IMG/VR virus record: IMGVR_UViG_3300012200_000005
Coordinates: 1-39,462 of that record
Direction: 5' to 3' (one strand)
Length of the DNA: 39,462 nucleotides
Source: a virus
Taxonomy: Duplodnaviria > Caudoviricetes
Under the pieces are notes generated by a model. That model was not told where the DNA came from. It saw only the letters and a list, made by a program, of their open reading frames with translations, and did no database searches. Positions 7,009-14,849 of the stretch are shown piece by piece (positions within the stretch are counted from its first letter, which is position 1; each line of letters starts with the position of its first letter). The position numbers and the translations under genes are program-made.

Positions 7009-8265
7009 CTAGCGCCCGCTTGTTGAGAATCCATACCGAGTTCGTGCCGTCGAGCTGTTTTCACGTTGAGCCCCTAAATAGGCAAGACCAAGACTGATAA
7101 CGGTGTCGTCGTGCATGCCTGACGGTGCGCCGTACCGAATCATGCCTGACGGCAGCACCTGCGCCTCGTACGCCAGCAGCTCGCCGGTTTGCACCTGGTC
7201 GTCGAGCAACGTCACACTGCCCTGTTCGATCGCCAGCCCGAGAGCCTGCACCAGCGCAGCTTTCGACGCATTGGTGGCCTCCCAGGACCAGACTGGTAGA
7301 GCAGCGCGGGGCTTACCGAGCAATCGGGCATAGCCCGTCTGAAGTCGCTCGACAAGCGGTCGACCCATTGCATTCGCCTCAGCCACGACGAGCACTGGTC
7401 GATAGAGCTCACACCAGCGGTGAAGGCGCTCGGTCTGCAGCTCGTAGTCGATCTCTGAGAAACGATCCAGCGCAACCTGCTCCATGACCGTCGCGTCGAT
7501 AACCGCGATCGCCGTGAAGTCATTCGTCCTCCCCCAGTCGACTCCAACCGTGTACTGATGCCCCTTCTCCGGATTCCGCGGGTGGAGCCTGGACACCGCG
7601 TCGACACCGCGGAACACGCCGCCACCCTCCAGCTGCAGGAACTCCGCGCGGTACTCCTGCGCCCAGGCCCGCTCCGGGAGCTCTTGCTGCGCCGAGACGA
7701 GCTCGTCGGTGGCGATGAACGGGTTGACGCTAGTTGGCATCTGCCAGGACGCCCACTCGGACTGGAGTGGGTCCTGGCCCTGCTGGTACAGCAACCAGAA
7801 ATCGTTGAGTCCGCGCGGGGTGGACATGAACCACGCGCCGCCGGCCAGGTCGGTCAACGTCGGGCGTAACGCGAGCTGCCAGATCTCCAGCAGGTCGCGC
7901 ACCATCGCCGCTTCGTCGATGACGATCCGGGCGTATTTTCGTCCGCGGGCGGGGTTGGGATCGTCGAGCGACCAGCACTCGAGCGTGCCGTTGGTGATGA
8001 GCTCGAGACGGTGGTCCTGCTCGCTTTTCATGCGCGTGATCGGCTCCAGAATCGCGCGCAAATCGCGCCAGAATTCGGCCAAAAGTTTGTAGGTTGGCGC
8101 GAAATATCCGGCGGGTTTTCCATGCAGAGCGGTGTCGGCGAGCAGGTGCAGCGCTAGCGTGGACTTGCCAGCCCGCCGTCCGAGCGCGACCACGTTCCAG
8201 CGTCTGGCCTCGTCGAGGATGAGTTGCTGGGCGGGATGCGGCCGTACGAGCTGGATGCGCGGCAT
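7009..8265 (-). CDS. terL: terminase large subunit
   Basis: Walker A GRRAGKS, Walker B IVIDEAA, motif III FMSTP, nuclease motifs GVDWG..ND and HDDTV. Confidence 0.95.
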   Translation of the reverse strand: MPRIQLVRPHPAQQLILDEARRWNVVALGRRAGKSTLALHLLADTALHGKPAGYFAPTYKLLAEFWRDLRAILEPITRMKSEQDHRLELITNGTLECWSLDDPNPARGRKYARIVIDEAAMVRDLLEIWQLALRPTLTDLAGGAWFMSTPRGLNDFWLLYQQGQDPLQSEWASWQMPTSVNPFIATDELVSAQQELPERAWAQEYRAEFLQLEGGGVFRGVDAVSRLHPRNPEKGHQYTVGVDWGRTNDFTAIAVIDATVMEQVALDRFSEIDYELQTERLHRWCELYRPVLVVAEANAMGRPLVERLQTGYARLLGKPRAALPVWSWEATNASKAALVQALGLAIEQGSVTLLDDQVQTGELLAYEAQVLPSGMIRYGAPSGMHDDTVISLGLAYLGAQRENSSTARTRYGFSTSGR

Positions 8266-8615
8266 CAGTGCGCCACGCCGTTGGTGGGCGGGCTCAGCGC
8301 AGCGGATGGGCGGTCGACGTACTCGATTTCGATGACGGTGCGGCCGTCAGTCTGGACCTTCTCGGTGGCCTTGTAGCCGGCGCGATCGAGGATGTCGCGG
8401 GCCGCGGCGAGGGCGAGCTGCGGGTTGTCGTTGTCGGCGATAGTGCGCTGGATGCGATCGAGCGACGGCGCCACGAGGGCTCGGATGCGTTCCTCGGCGG
8501 CCATTTTGACCTGCGGCGCACGGCCGCCGTGAACGACACAGACGCGACTGCCATTGATGGCATGCGCGCGGCAAGGCTCGCCATCAGTGCTGCGATGTGC
8601 GGCACACACAGTCAT
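8265..8615 (-). CDS. terS: putative terminase small subunit
   Basis: Directly upstream of terL. Has CxA...GxxC...VCxxHGG zinc motif and AARDILDRAG segment. Confidence 0.7.
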   Translation of the reverse strand: MTVCAAHRSTDGEPCRAHAINGSRVCVVHGGRAPQVKMAAEERIRALVAPSLDRIQRTIADNDNPQLALAAARDILDRAGYKATEKVQTDGRTVIEIEYVDRPSAALSPPTNGVAH

Positions 8616-8878
8616 GGGTGCAGGAAGTCATGGGTGAGTGGCACGTGCTCGAGGTCGGACGCGTAGGCTTCGCTCAAGTCGTGCCACTCGAGCACGCTGA
8701 GCGCCAGGCGTGGCGTGGTTGCCAGCAACTCGCCCAGAGTAGCCAGTTGGCGCTGGGCACACGACACCGAGCAGTACACGTTCATGGTGCGATTGACGAT
8801 GTCCTGGCCGCAAAAGACGCAGCCGTCGGGCAGGCGCTTGGGGCTGGGATGACCGCAGAACACACAGCTCGTGGTCAC
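8612..8878 (-). CDS. small Cys-rich (zinc-finger) protein
   Basis: CVFCG occurs twice, plus YCSVSC. Start/stop overlaps with both neighbours. Confidence 0.55.
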   Translation of the reverse strand: MTTSCVFCGHPSPKRLPDGCVFCGQDIVNRTMNVYCSVSCAQRQLATLGELLATTPRLALSVLEWHDLSEAYASDLEHVPLTHDFLHP

Positions 8879-9567
8879 GCTTCGACCTGGACCCACTCGC
8901 GTTTGCCGTCGGCGCCAGTGCGCTGCTCGTAGCGTGGGCCGTCCTCGTCGAACTCGAAGCCCGATTGTCTTCGGCGCCTGGGGTTCGTGCCCACCGCTCT
9001 CGGGTTGGAGCCATCGGCTCGAGGGTTAGCCCCAGTCGCTCTTGGATTCGTGCCGTTCGTTCTTGGCGAAGCCCTTGAGCGGGGTTTCGGGGGCTGCGCC
9101 CCTGACTCGGCCCTGCCGCTTGCGGCGGGGTTTTGGGGTAACCCCGGGGACGTCACTTTAGTGACGTCCGGGAGTGGCGTTGGCGTTGGCGTTGGCGTTG
9201 GGGGCCCGGAGTCCCATGTCGCATCGCCGTTCCGTCCGGCGTTCGTCCGGCGTTCCCGAAACGTGCGTTTGCGGTCCGCCGCGTCGGCTCGTTCGTGCAC
9301 AATTTGCTGACGGCTCGCATTCCATTGCAAATAATCGTGGACGACATATCCGCCGGGTGTTTCCTCCCATAATCCAACACGCACCAGGTCGTCGGCGGCC
9401 GGTTTCCAGCCCTTCCAGCCAGCCACCACCTTGCGCGACAACTGCCCGTCAGTGAGTTGGTCGCAACAATACGACAGGCCGAGCGCGTACAGGCCGAGCG
9501 CGGGCAAGCTGGCTTGCAGCACCTTGGGATTGCCGTGGAACTTGTCGTCAAGTTTCGCCCAGGCCAC
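8875..9567 (-). CDS. putative replication initiator protein
   Basis: N-terminus WAKLDDKFHGNPKV...GLY..GLSYC..QLTDG...LV.VGLW...YVVHDYLQWN is typical of phage replisome organisers. Followed by a PTPTPT linker and four G.NPR repeats. Confidence 0.65.
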   Translation of the reverse strand: MAWAKLDDKFHGNPKVLQASLPALGLYALGLSYCCDQLTDGQLSRKVVAGWKGWKPAADDLVRVGLWEETPGGYVVHDYLQWNASRQQIVHERADAADRKRTFRERRTNAGRNGDATWDSGPPTPTPTPTPLPDVTKVTSPGLPQNPAASGRAESGAQPPKPRSRASPRTNGTNPRATGANPRADGSNPRAVGTNPRRRRQSGFEFDEDGPRYEQRTGADGKREWVQVEA

Positions 9568-9569
9568 GG

Positions 9570-9797
9570 TCAGCCCGCCGACTCCTTGCGTTTCAATTTT
9601 TGGCTGCGTTGATAGATGCGCTCCAGGTCCGGCGACGCCGGCCGCAATATGGTCTCCAGCGTCACCTGGTCGATCATGCCCAGGTCGCACACACTCCTGA
9701 CACCATTTACGCACTTGCACGAGATGAACACCCCGTCGTGCGACGTGTACCGCGCGGCCAGGTCCTCCTCCATCTCGACCAGCAGGAAGCGGCTCAC
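9570..9797 (-). CDS. hypothetical protein
   Basis: 75-aa ORF, ATGA-coupled to the upstream gene. Confidence 0.55.
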   Translation of the reverse strand: MSRFLLVEMEEDLAARYTSHDGVFISCKCVNGVRSVCDLGMIDQVTLETILRPASPDLERIYQRSQKLKRKESAG

Positions 9798-10642
9798 TTC
9801 AGGCCTTCCGTCCTCCGCTGGCGCTCGACTTCGATGCTGTCCAGGTCCTCATCCCGCTCAGCCTGCTCACGGTCGAGCTGGTCCTGGCGCTCGGTGATGT
9901 CGGCTCGCACTTCGGTACCCCGAATCTTCAGCTCGTCGCGTTCGATCGGCAGGGTGACGGTCTTCGGGTTGAGCCCGAGCGACTGCGCCTCGGCGAGGAT
10001 GCGCAGCCAGTTCTGCCAGATCTTCTCGTCGGCCGAACGGACGAAGTCGCGATCGTCGACTTCTCGTTCTTTGGTCGGGACGAACGACTCTTCGCGTGGT
10101 GGTGACGGAATCGCCTCGCGCGTCGTCGCCTCCCAATCTTCCTGCAGCTCGTCAGGCGTGTAGATGGCGCCGTTGAACACGTCGGGCGTGTAGGCGCGCG
10201 CACCCTGCGACATGGCCCTCGCCCACAGCATCGCTTTGGGGTATTGCTTCCAGGTTTGCTTGTTCGCCAGGCTGGCGCGGTTGGCGTCGTCCAGCGAGAA
10301 GGTGGATTCACCGACGGACTCGCCGCGGTCGAAAAACTCGATGCGGCAGCGAGAGTCGGTCCACTCGCGCACGCGGTAGCGGTAGGTGCCCGACTTCTGG
10401 ATGGCCGAGGCGATGAGCTGCGCGGAGAGTGACGGGCGTCCGTCGACGATGTAGCAGCCGAGCATGGATGCAATGGGTCCGAAGCCTAACTCGGCGCCAT
10501 AGAGGATCTTGACCACGGCCTGGGCTTCTTCGCGGGTGTCCTTGAAATAGCCGGACTTGACCATGATGGCGCCGAGCTGCTCGGTGCCGATGCTCGTCGG
10601 CTGATACCGCACCCCGTTGGCGCGCTCAATGGATTGGGTCAT
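9794..10642 (-). CDS. single-strand annealing recombinase (RecT/Red-beta-like)
   Basis: KILYGAELGFGP..S....YIVDGRPSL and W.QYPKAMLWARA..QGAR...PDV..G.IYTPDEL pattern. Confidence 0.7.
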   Translation of the reverse strand: MTQSIERANGVRYQPTSIGTEQLGAIMVKSGYFKDTREEAQAVVKILYGAELGFGPIASMLGCYIVDGRPSLSAQLIASAIQKSGTYRYRVREWTDSRCRIEFFDRGESVGESTFSLDDANRASLANKQTWKQYPKAMLWARAMSQGARAYTPDVFNGAIYTPDELQEDWEATTREAIPSPPREESFVPTKEREVDDRDFVRSADEKIWQNWLRILAEAQSLGLNPKTVTLPIERDELKIRGTEVRADITERQDQLDREQAERDEDLDSIEVERQRRTEGLK

Positions 10643-10863
10643 ACGGCGATGCCTCCCTCTTGCGGATACATGGCGCGTTTCACGGCTCGAGCGATGGCGC
10701 GGCCCATCGGCAGCGGCACACCATTCGCGACAGCCTTGAGCTTGGCGTCCTTACGAAACGGCATGTCCTCGGTGAAGTCGCGCCCGCGCACAACACAGAA
10801 CCCCTCCAGCTCGAACGCCCGATCTAAGAGTCCTATCCCAGGAAACAGCGACAGGATCAGCAT
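10639..10863 (-). pseudogene. internally deleted C5-cytosine DNA methyltransferase remnant
   Basis: Motif I (LSLFPGIG) is fused almost directly to motif X (AVANGVPLPMGRAIA). No PC catalytic motif; only 74 aa. Confidence 0.7.
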
Positions 10864-11372
10864 CCGTAGAACCTGACCGCATCAAATTCCCGAGCGCGCC
10901 CGTTGGCGATCATCCAGCTGATGGCCGCCGTGTTGGCCGCGGGATCCCACACGCTCAGGCCCGCCCGACCCTGGGGCGTCGATGCCCACGTTCCTGGAAG
11001 AAACTGTCCCAATCCACTCGCGCCGCTGCGGTTGTAGGCGCGCGGATCGCCGCGGCTCTCGACGCGGATGATGCACGCGACGCGCGTGGAGGAGACACCG
11101 CTCGTCGGCGCCGCTGGTGAGCTCGACGCCGACGGCGGCAGAGTTTTCTCAGACTGTGATGATGCGCGTTCGAGCAGCCCCTCCGAGCGCAGGTACACGC
11201 GCGGATCGACTTGCAATGTGTTGACGACGCCTGCCAGCTCGGTCGGATCGACGCCTGCTTCGGCGGCGGGGGCCTGCACATCTTCGGCCGTGGCAGCGTG
11301 CAGGCCGGCTGCGGCGCCGAGCACCGTACCGACGACGATGCCGAACACCGCGCCAACGACGAACCGCGCCAT
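10857..11372 (-). CDS. exported lysozyme-fold transglycosylase (SLT/Rpf-like)
   Basis: Hydrophobic N-terminus; C-terminal CIIRVESRGDPRAYNRSGASGLGQFLPGTW. Confidence 0.75.
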   Translation of the reverse strand: MARFVVGAVFGIVVGTVLGAAAGLHAATAEDVQAPAAEAGVDPTELAGVVNTLQVDPRVYLRSEGLLERASSQSEKTLPPSASSSPAAPTSGVSSTRVACIIRVESRGDPRAYNRSGASGLGQFLPGTWASTPQGRAGLSVWDPAANTAAISWMIANGRAREFDAVRFYGC

Positions 11373-12166
11373 CAGGCGACGTCCGTCGCGCACAGCACGC
11401 CACACCCGTCTGTCTCGTCTGACTCGTCAAACATGTCGAGTTGACCGCGGTCTTGCTCGCTACGCAGGTCAACCAACGGTAGCGGGATCACATCACGGTG
11501 AACGAACACTTCCTGCAGGCGCGTCCGGGCCCGCACGCGCCTGATCCGCTCATCGAAGTCGACCGCATCAGCCCAGGACGCTGGATCGTTGCGAATCTCG
11601 CGCCACTCGGCACCCGAACGAAGCGGGCACGCGATGCAAGATGACTTGCGCGGTACAGGGTATTCGTGGGCACGCAGCCAGGCGACGCAGCCGGCGCGCG
11701 TTATGCGCCGCTCAATAAGCGGGTAGACGTTCTTGATGTACTTCACGTCCGAGTCGTGCATGCGTTCAGACTCGTCCCAACTGATGCCGACCAACTGCTC
11801 GACCTGGCGACGACATCCGCCATTGAGCGCCGCAACTTGACGGCGGATCGGCCGGATTTTGTAGTTACTGGTGCACTGCCGCTTGAGCTTCTCTTTCTTA
11901 CCCGCCGCATTGACCGAGTACAGCGGCATCCAGGAGGCAGTCTTGTTGTCGAGCGCATCCTGGCGAAGCGCACCTCGACCCACCCGATAGAGCGGGATGC
12001 CCGCCGCTTTCGCCGTGCGCTCAAGTCCGTCGAGGTGCTGATACACCCACCACGGCTCCCAGCCGGTATCGGCGAAGATCGCCGCGTCGAGTTCGAGTTC
12101 GCCTTCGCAGGCCATGAGCAGCAGCGTCGAGGACTGCACGCCGGCACCTAGCGACAGGACTCTCAC
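11372..12166 (-). CDS. PP-loop adenine nucleotide alpha-hydrolase (PAPS-reductase-like) protein
   Basis: VLSLGAGVQSS, AIFADTGWE, RQCT..YKI.PI, YPLI, PRKSSCIACP. Confidence 0.75.
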   Translation of the reverse strand: MRVLSLGAGVQSSTLLLMACEGELELDAAIFADTGWEPWWVYQHLDGLERTAKAAGIPLYRVGRGALRQDALDNKTASWMPLYSVNAAGKKEKLKRQCTSNYKIRPIRRQVAALNGGCRRQVEQLVGISWDESERMHDSDVKYIKNVYPLIERRITRAGCVAWLRAHEYPVPRKSSCIACPLRSGAEWREIRNDPASWADAVDFDERIRRVRARTRLQEVFVHRDVIPLPLVDLRSEQDRGQLDMFDESDETDGCGVLCATDVA

Positions 12167-12249
12167 CCCAAACTCCGTAGGGCAATGAACAGGATGAACG
12201 CGAGCAGCACCACGAACGGCATGGCGATATGCAGATGGTCGTCCGTCAT
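12163..12249 (-). CDS. 28-aa membrane peptide
   Basis: MTDDHLHIAMPFVVLLAFILFIALRSLG with GGAGG RBS; overlaps both neighbours. Confidence 0.5.
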   Translation of the reverse strand: MTDDHLHIAMPFVVLLAFILFIALRSLG

Positions 12250-12671
12250 CTCACCTCCGCCGGCAGTTGGTGATAGCTGCGGTCGAAGCGCGCCGGTATC
12301 GATGTGTCGGCGATCCACCACTCGCCAGCCGCCGCATGGCCGTCGTCCTCGAAGTCTGCCAACCGTAGAGGACCGAGAGTGACACGTTCGGGGGCGTCGA
12401 GCCATGCGCGACAGCGCGCCAGGACGACGGGATCGGCGATCACGTAGCGATACTCCATCCGATCGCAGCGTTGGTGGTTCATCGTCAACCCCGTGGCCTG
12501 CCGGTCGGGCTCGGGGTTACTGGTGAGCCAGACGAGCTTTGTGCCGAGCCACGGATGGAGATGCGGGACCAGCAGCGCGTTGAAGGTGCCAATGTCACGC
12601 TTCCCGTGTGCACAGGTGAAGTGGTAGAGCGCGACAACTGGTACGTCATCGCGTGGCTGGAGCTCAGCCAT
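12246..12671 (-). CDS. hypothetical protein, possible ADP-ribosyltransferase-like fold
   Basis: LYHFT...I....L.P...VWLT pattern. Confidence 0.45.
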   Translation of the reverse strand: MAELQPRDDVPVVALYHFTCAHGKRDIGTFNALLVPHLHPWLGTKLVWLTSNPEPDRQATGLTMNHQRCDRMEYRYVIADPVVLARCRAWLDAPERVTLGPLRLADFEDDGHAAAGEWWIADTSIPARFDRSYHQLPAEVR

Positions 12672-13125
12672 TGCTCAGGCCGTACTGAAAGGTGTGCTCG
12701 ATGGTTATTGCGTCACGCGGGTACCAGATGAACACAACGACTCCGCCCCTGCGCATCGACGGGATCTCGCGTTCCTGATACGGACTCAGATGTCCAGTGG
12801 CGCCCTTGAGCTCCGACCAGAAGTGCTGGCCCAACTCCTCGTGCCACCAGTACCAGTCGGGCACGCCCTTGGCTTCGGTGAAGCCGTCCAGCCGCTCGAG
12901 GTGGACGCTCTCCATCACGCCGTCGCTGTCGCGCGTGTGCACCCCGTTCCACCCGTAGTACTTCGCACAGGCCTTGACCGAGCGGGTGAGCTCGTCTTCG
13001 CCGGCGCCCTCGAGCAGCAGCAGACGGTGTCTGGTGAAGTACGGCCCGCGCGGGCCGACGCGATACGCCTGGGCGCGCACACGCGGATAAGTCAAGCCAC
13101 GCGTGGCGATCGTCACCGCCTTCAC
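12664..13125 (-). CDS. VRR-NUC-like PD-(D/E)xK nuclease
   Basis: KGVPD...FWSELKGATGHLSPYQ...VFIWYPRD. Likely start GTG 13125. Confidence 0.7.
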   Translation of the reverse strand: MKAVTIATRGLTYPRVRAQAYRVGPRGPYFTRHRLLLLEGAGEDELTRSVKACAKYYGWNGVHTRDSDGVMESVHLERLDGFTEAKGVPDWYWWHEELGQHFWSELKGATGHLSPYQEREIPSMRRGGVVVFIWYPRDAITIEHTFQYGLSNG

Positions 13126-13223
13126 CGCAGATACCTGAACCAGCGCGCCAGTCCCGCGGCCACGCACACGCTGGCCAGCAGCCAGCCGACCAGCGCCCAC
13201 ACCAGACCCGCCTCGAACGTCAC
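13122..13223 (-). CDS. 33-aa membrane peptide
   Basis: MTFEAGLVWALVGWLLASVCVAAGLARWFRYLR, with GTGA overlaps at both ends. Confidence 0.5.
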   Translation of the reverse strand: MTFEAGLVWALVGWLLASVCVAAGLARWFRYLR

Positions 13224-13486
13224 GGCGCCTCCGTATGCCAGTACGCGCTGGCGCGTTCGACCTCACGTTCGACGTCGACTTCGGCGTACAGGTTGGCGAG
13301 CTCCTCGAGGCGTTGCACGATCTGGCTCAGGTTCAGGCCCAGGTTGGCGTTGCGGCGGATGGCGTCCCAGCTGCCGGCCTTCCACGCCGCAGCCCAGATA
13401 GCGGACGGGTCCTCGGCCTCGCGCGGATGCAGCCGCTGCCAGGCAAAGAACCGCCCGCGCGCGTCGGTGTCTGCCACCACACTCAC
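13220..13486 (-). CDS. hypothetical protein, paralogue of 17610..17879
   Basis: FFAWQRLHPREAEDPSAIWAAAWKAG versus YFAWRHYHPSESENPSAVWGAAWRAG. Confidence 0.7.
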   Translation of the reverse strand: MSVVADTDARGRFFAWQRLHPREAEDPSAIWAAAWKAGSWDAIRRNANLGLNLSQIVQRLEELANLYAEVDVEREVERASAYWHTEAP

Positions 13487-13659
13487 GCCGCGCTGGGCTC
13501 CGCTTCGGGTGCGGGGCGGCCGTTCTCCATGGCGAGCTCTTCTTGAATCTTGACGTGCAACAGAAAGCCACCCTGCTCGCGGAGCGAACGGTGGTCCCTG
13601 ACTGCGAGCTTGCGCAGCGGGTCTTCGTCCTCGCGGCGCAATTCCACCAGCATGCGCAT
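13483..13659 (-). CDS. putative ribbon-helix-helix (Arc-like) regulator, first gene of the early operon
   Basis: MRMLVEL beta-strand followed by LRKLAVRDHRSLREQ helices. Confidence 0.6.
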   Translation of the reverse strand: MRMLVELRREDEDPLRKLAVRDHRSLREQGGFLLHVKIQEELAMENGRPAPEAEPSAA

Positions 13660-13696
13660 ATCGGCTAGCTTGCATCCCGCCGGGGGGTCCCGGCGC

Positions 13697-13735
13697 GACA
13701 CGTGGAGACACTTACAAAATGTGTCTCGTCGTGTC
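13697..13735. promoter_or_regulatory. operator array A: GACAC-N5-GACAC-N9-GTGTC-N5-GTGTC
   Basis: GACACgtggaGACACttacaaaatGTGTCtcgtcGTGTC. Its outer edge is 38 bp from ATG 13659, and minus-strand CAAGCT lies 7 nt before that ATG. Confidence 0.8.
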
Positions 13736-14212
13736 CGCTGCCGGCGGCTTTTCGGGGTCCCAGCGCGAGGGCGGCCAGTCGTCGGCGCGCAGGCCGTAGG
13801 TCTCCGTCATCGTGCGCACGATAGTCTTGGCCGAGTCGGTCCCGAGCTGGCAGACCGCCTTCTTCGACAGCTTGAGGTCGACATTCCTGGCCTCATCTTC
13901 GAGGTGTTGCATGCTCAGCACGAAGCCCCGCCAGGTACGGTGATCGGGGTTACTGGGCACGTGCCGATGCGGTTTTTGTTCTCGAGCACCCTTCGAAGTT
14001 GCCCGCAACGACCCGATCGTGCCGTCCTGCTTGGCGGTCCTGCGCGCATGCGGGCCGAACGCCTTCTGCGTCAACAACTGGTTGATCGCGGTGAGCGTGT
14101 GTACGGCGTCCACGGCATCAGTGAGCAAGCGGATGAGCAGATCGGTGCGTGGGTCCTGACCTGGAAACATCGGCAACTGCCGCTCCTGGGGATCATCGTC
14201 AACCACCGGCAT
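13712..14212 (-). CDS. putative SOS-induced transcriptional regulator (candidate activator)
   Basis: Directly downstream of the LexA-box promoter. C-terminal HTH-like segment LSKKAVCQLGTDSAKTIVRTM. Start is ATG 14212 or 14257. Confidence 0.55.
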   Translation of the reverse strand: MPVVDDDPQERQLPMFPGQDPRTDLLIRLLTDAVDAVHTLTAINQLLTQKAFGPHARRTAKQDGTIGSLRATSKGAREQKPHRHVPSNPDHRTWRGFVLSMQHLEDEARNVDLKLSKKAVCQLGTDSAKTIVRTMTETYGLRADDWPPSRWDPEKPPAADTTRHIL

Positions 14213-14224
14213 GCGCTCCGGCAG

Positions 14225-14253
14225 GACAACATGAGACACATTTGAAATCTGTC
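14225..14253. promoter_or_regulatory. degenerate operator array B
   Basis: GACAa-catga-GACAC-atttgaaat-cTGTC has the same spacing as arrays A and C. Confidence 0.6.
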
Positions 14254-14308
14254 CCATTGCCGGCGTCGGGTACGTCCGCCACGCGCTCACCGCTCCCACG
14301 CTCCACCC

Positions 14309-14330
14309 AAGATAACAGAACACGTGTTCT
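14309..14330 (-). promoter_or_regulatory. LexA (SOS) box overlapping an extended -10 promoter
   Basis: Perfect palindrome AGAACACGTGTTCT (14317-14330; GAAC-N4-GTTC) abuts minus-strand TGtTATCTT (14317-14309). Confidence 0.8.
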
Positions 14331-14444
14331 ATCGAATGGCTCGCGTTGCTCAGCGTGTGCTCGGTGGGGTGGACACGCGCCGGGCCAGCGCAGCTGCCGG
14401 TGCGCCAGTCCCCTCAGGTTCGGCTGATCGTTTAGGTAAAGACT

Positions 14445-14475
14445 ACGTTAGCGGCACGTAAACGAGACCTGTCAA
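14445..14475 (-). promoter_or_regulatory. possible second leftward promoter
   Basis: TTGACA (14475-14470) and TAACGT (14450-14445) with an atypical 19-bp spacer. TACGT-N7-ACGTA dyad at 14444-14460. Confidence 0.3.
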
Positions 14476-14549
14476 TGTATATGCCGGCGCGCAACGATCA
14501 AGCACACGGCGCTACTAGAAGATAACCTAGGCAACACGTGGGCAGCACT

Positions 14550-14771
14550 ATGCAGCCTCAAGTACGCACACGATCATCGCTGGACGTGCAGTTGCCGCGC
14601 CTGCGAGAACAACGCGAGCGGCGCGCACTCTCGCAGAAGGAGCTCTCAATACTGTCCGGGCTGTCGCGCACGAGCATCATCAAGCTCGAGGGTGGCCGCA
14701 ACGCCTGGCCGTCGACAGTGCGCAAGCTCGCCAAAGCTCTGCGCGTCAAACCCGAGGATTTGCAGGGTTAG
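14550..14771 (+). CDS. XRE-family HTH regulator (short, no peptidase domain)
   Basis: LREQRERRALSQKELSILSGLSRTSIIKLEGG...STVRKLAKAL. Start may be GTG 14538. Confidence 0.9.
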   Translation: MQPQVRTRSSLDVQLPRLREQRERRALSQKELSILSGLSRTSIIKLEGGRNAWPSTVRKLAKALRVKPEDLQG

Positions 14772-14773
14772 GA

Positions 14774-14812
14774 GACACCAGGGGACACTTTTTCAACGTG
14801 TCCGCATGTGTC
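14774..14812. promoter_or_regulatory. operator array C (mirror image of array A)
   Basis: GACACcagggGACACtttttcaacGTGTCcgcatGTGTC. Its outer edge is 38 bp from GTG 14850, and CAGACT lies 7 nt before that GTG. Confidence 0.8.
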
Positions 14813-14849
14813 GCGCCGGGCCACATTGTGACGGCGCAGACTGGATGGC

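Noticed and set aside
8975-9200. Replication iterons within the initiator gene
   Set aside because: The G.NPR repeats are conserved as protein but diverged as DNA, and the (TGGCGT)n run simply encodes a PT linker.
13689-14820. Arrays A and C as recombination sites of an invertible switch acted on by the serine recombinase
   Set aside because: The dyads have an odd 9-bp centre with differing sequence, not a shared central dinucleotide. A third internal copy exists, and the fixed 38-bp spacing to start codons fits promoter elements better. Read-orientation checks would settle it.
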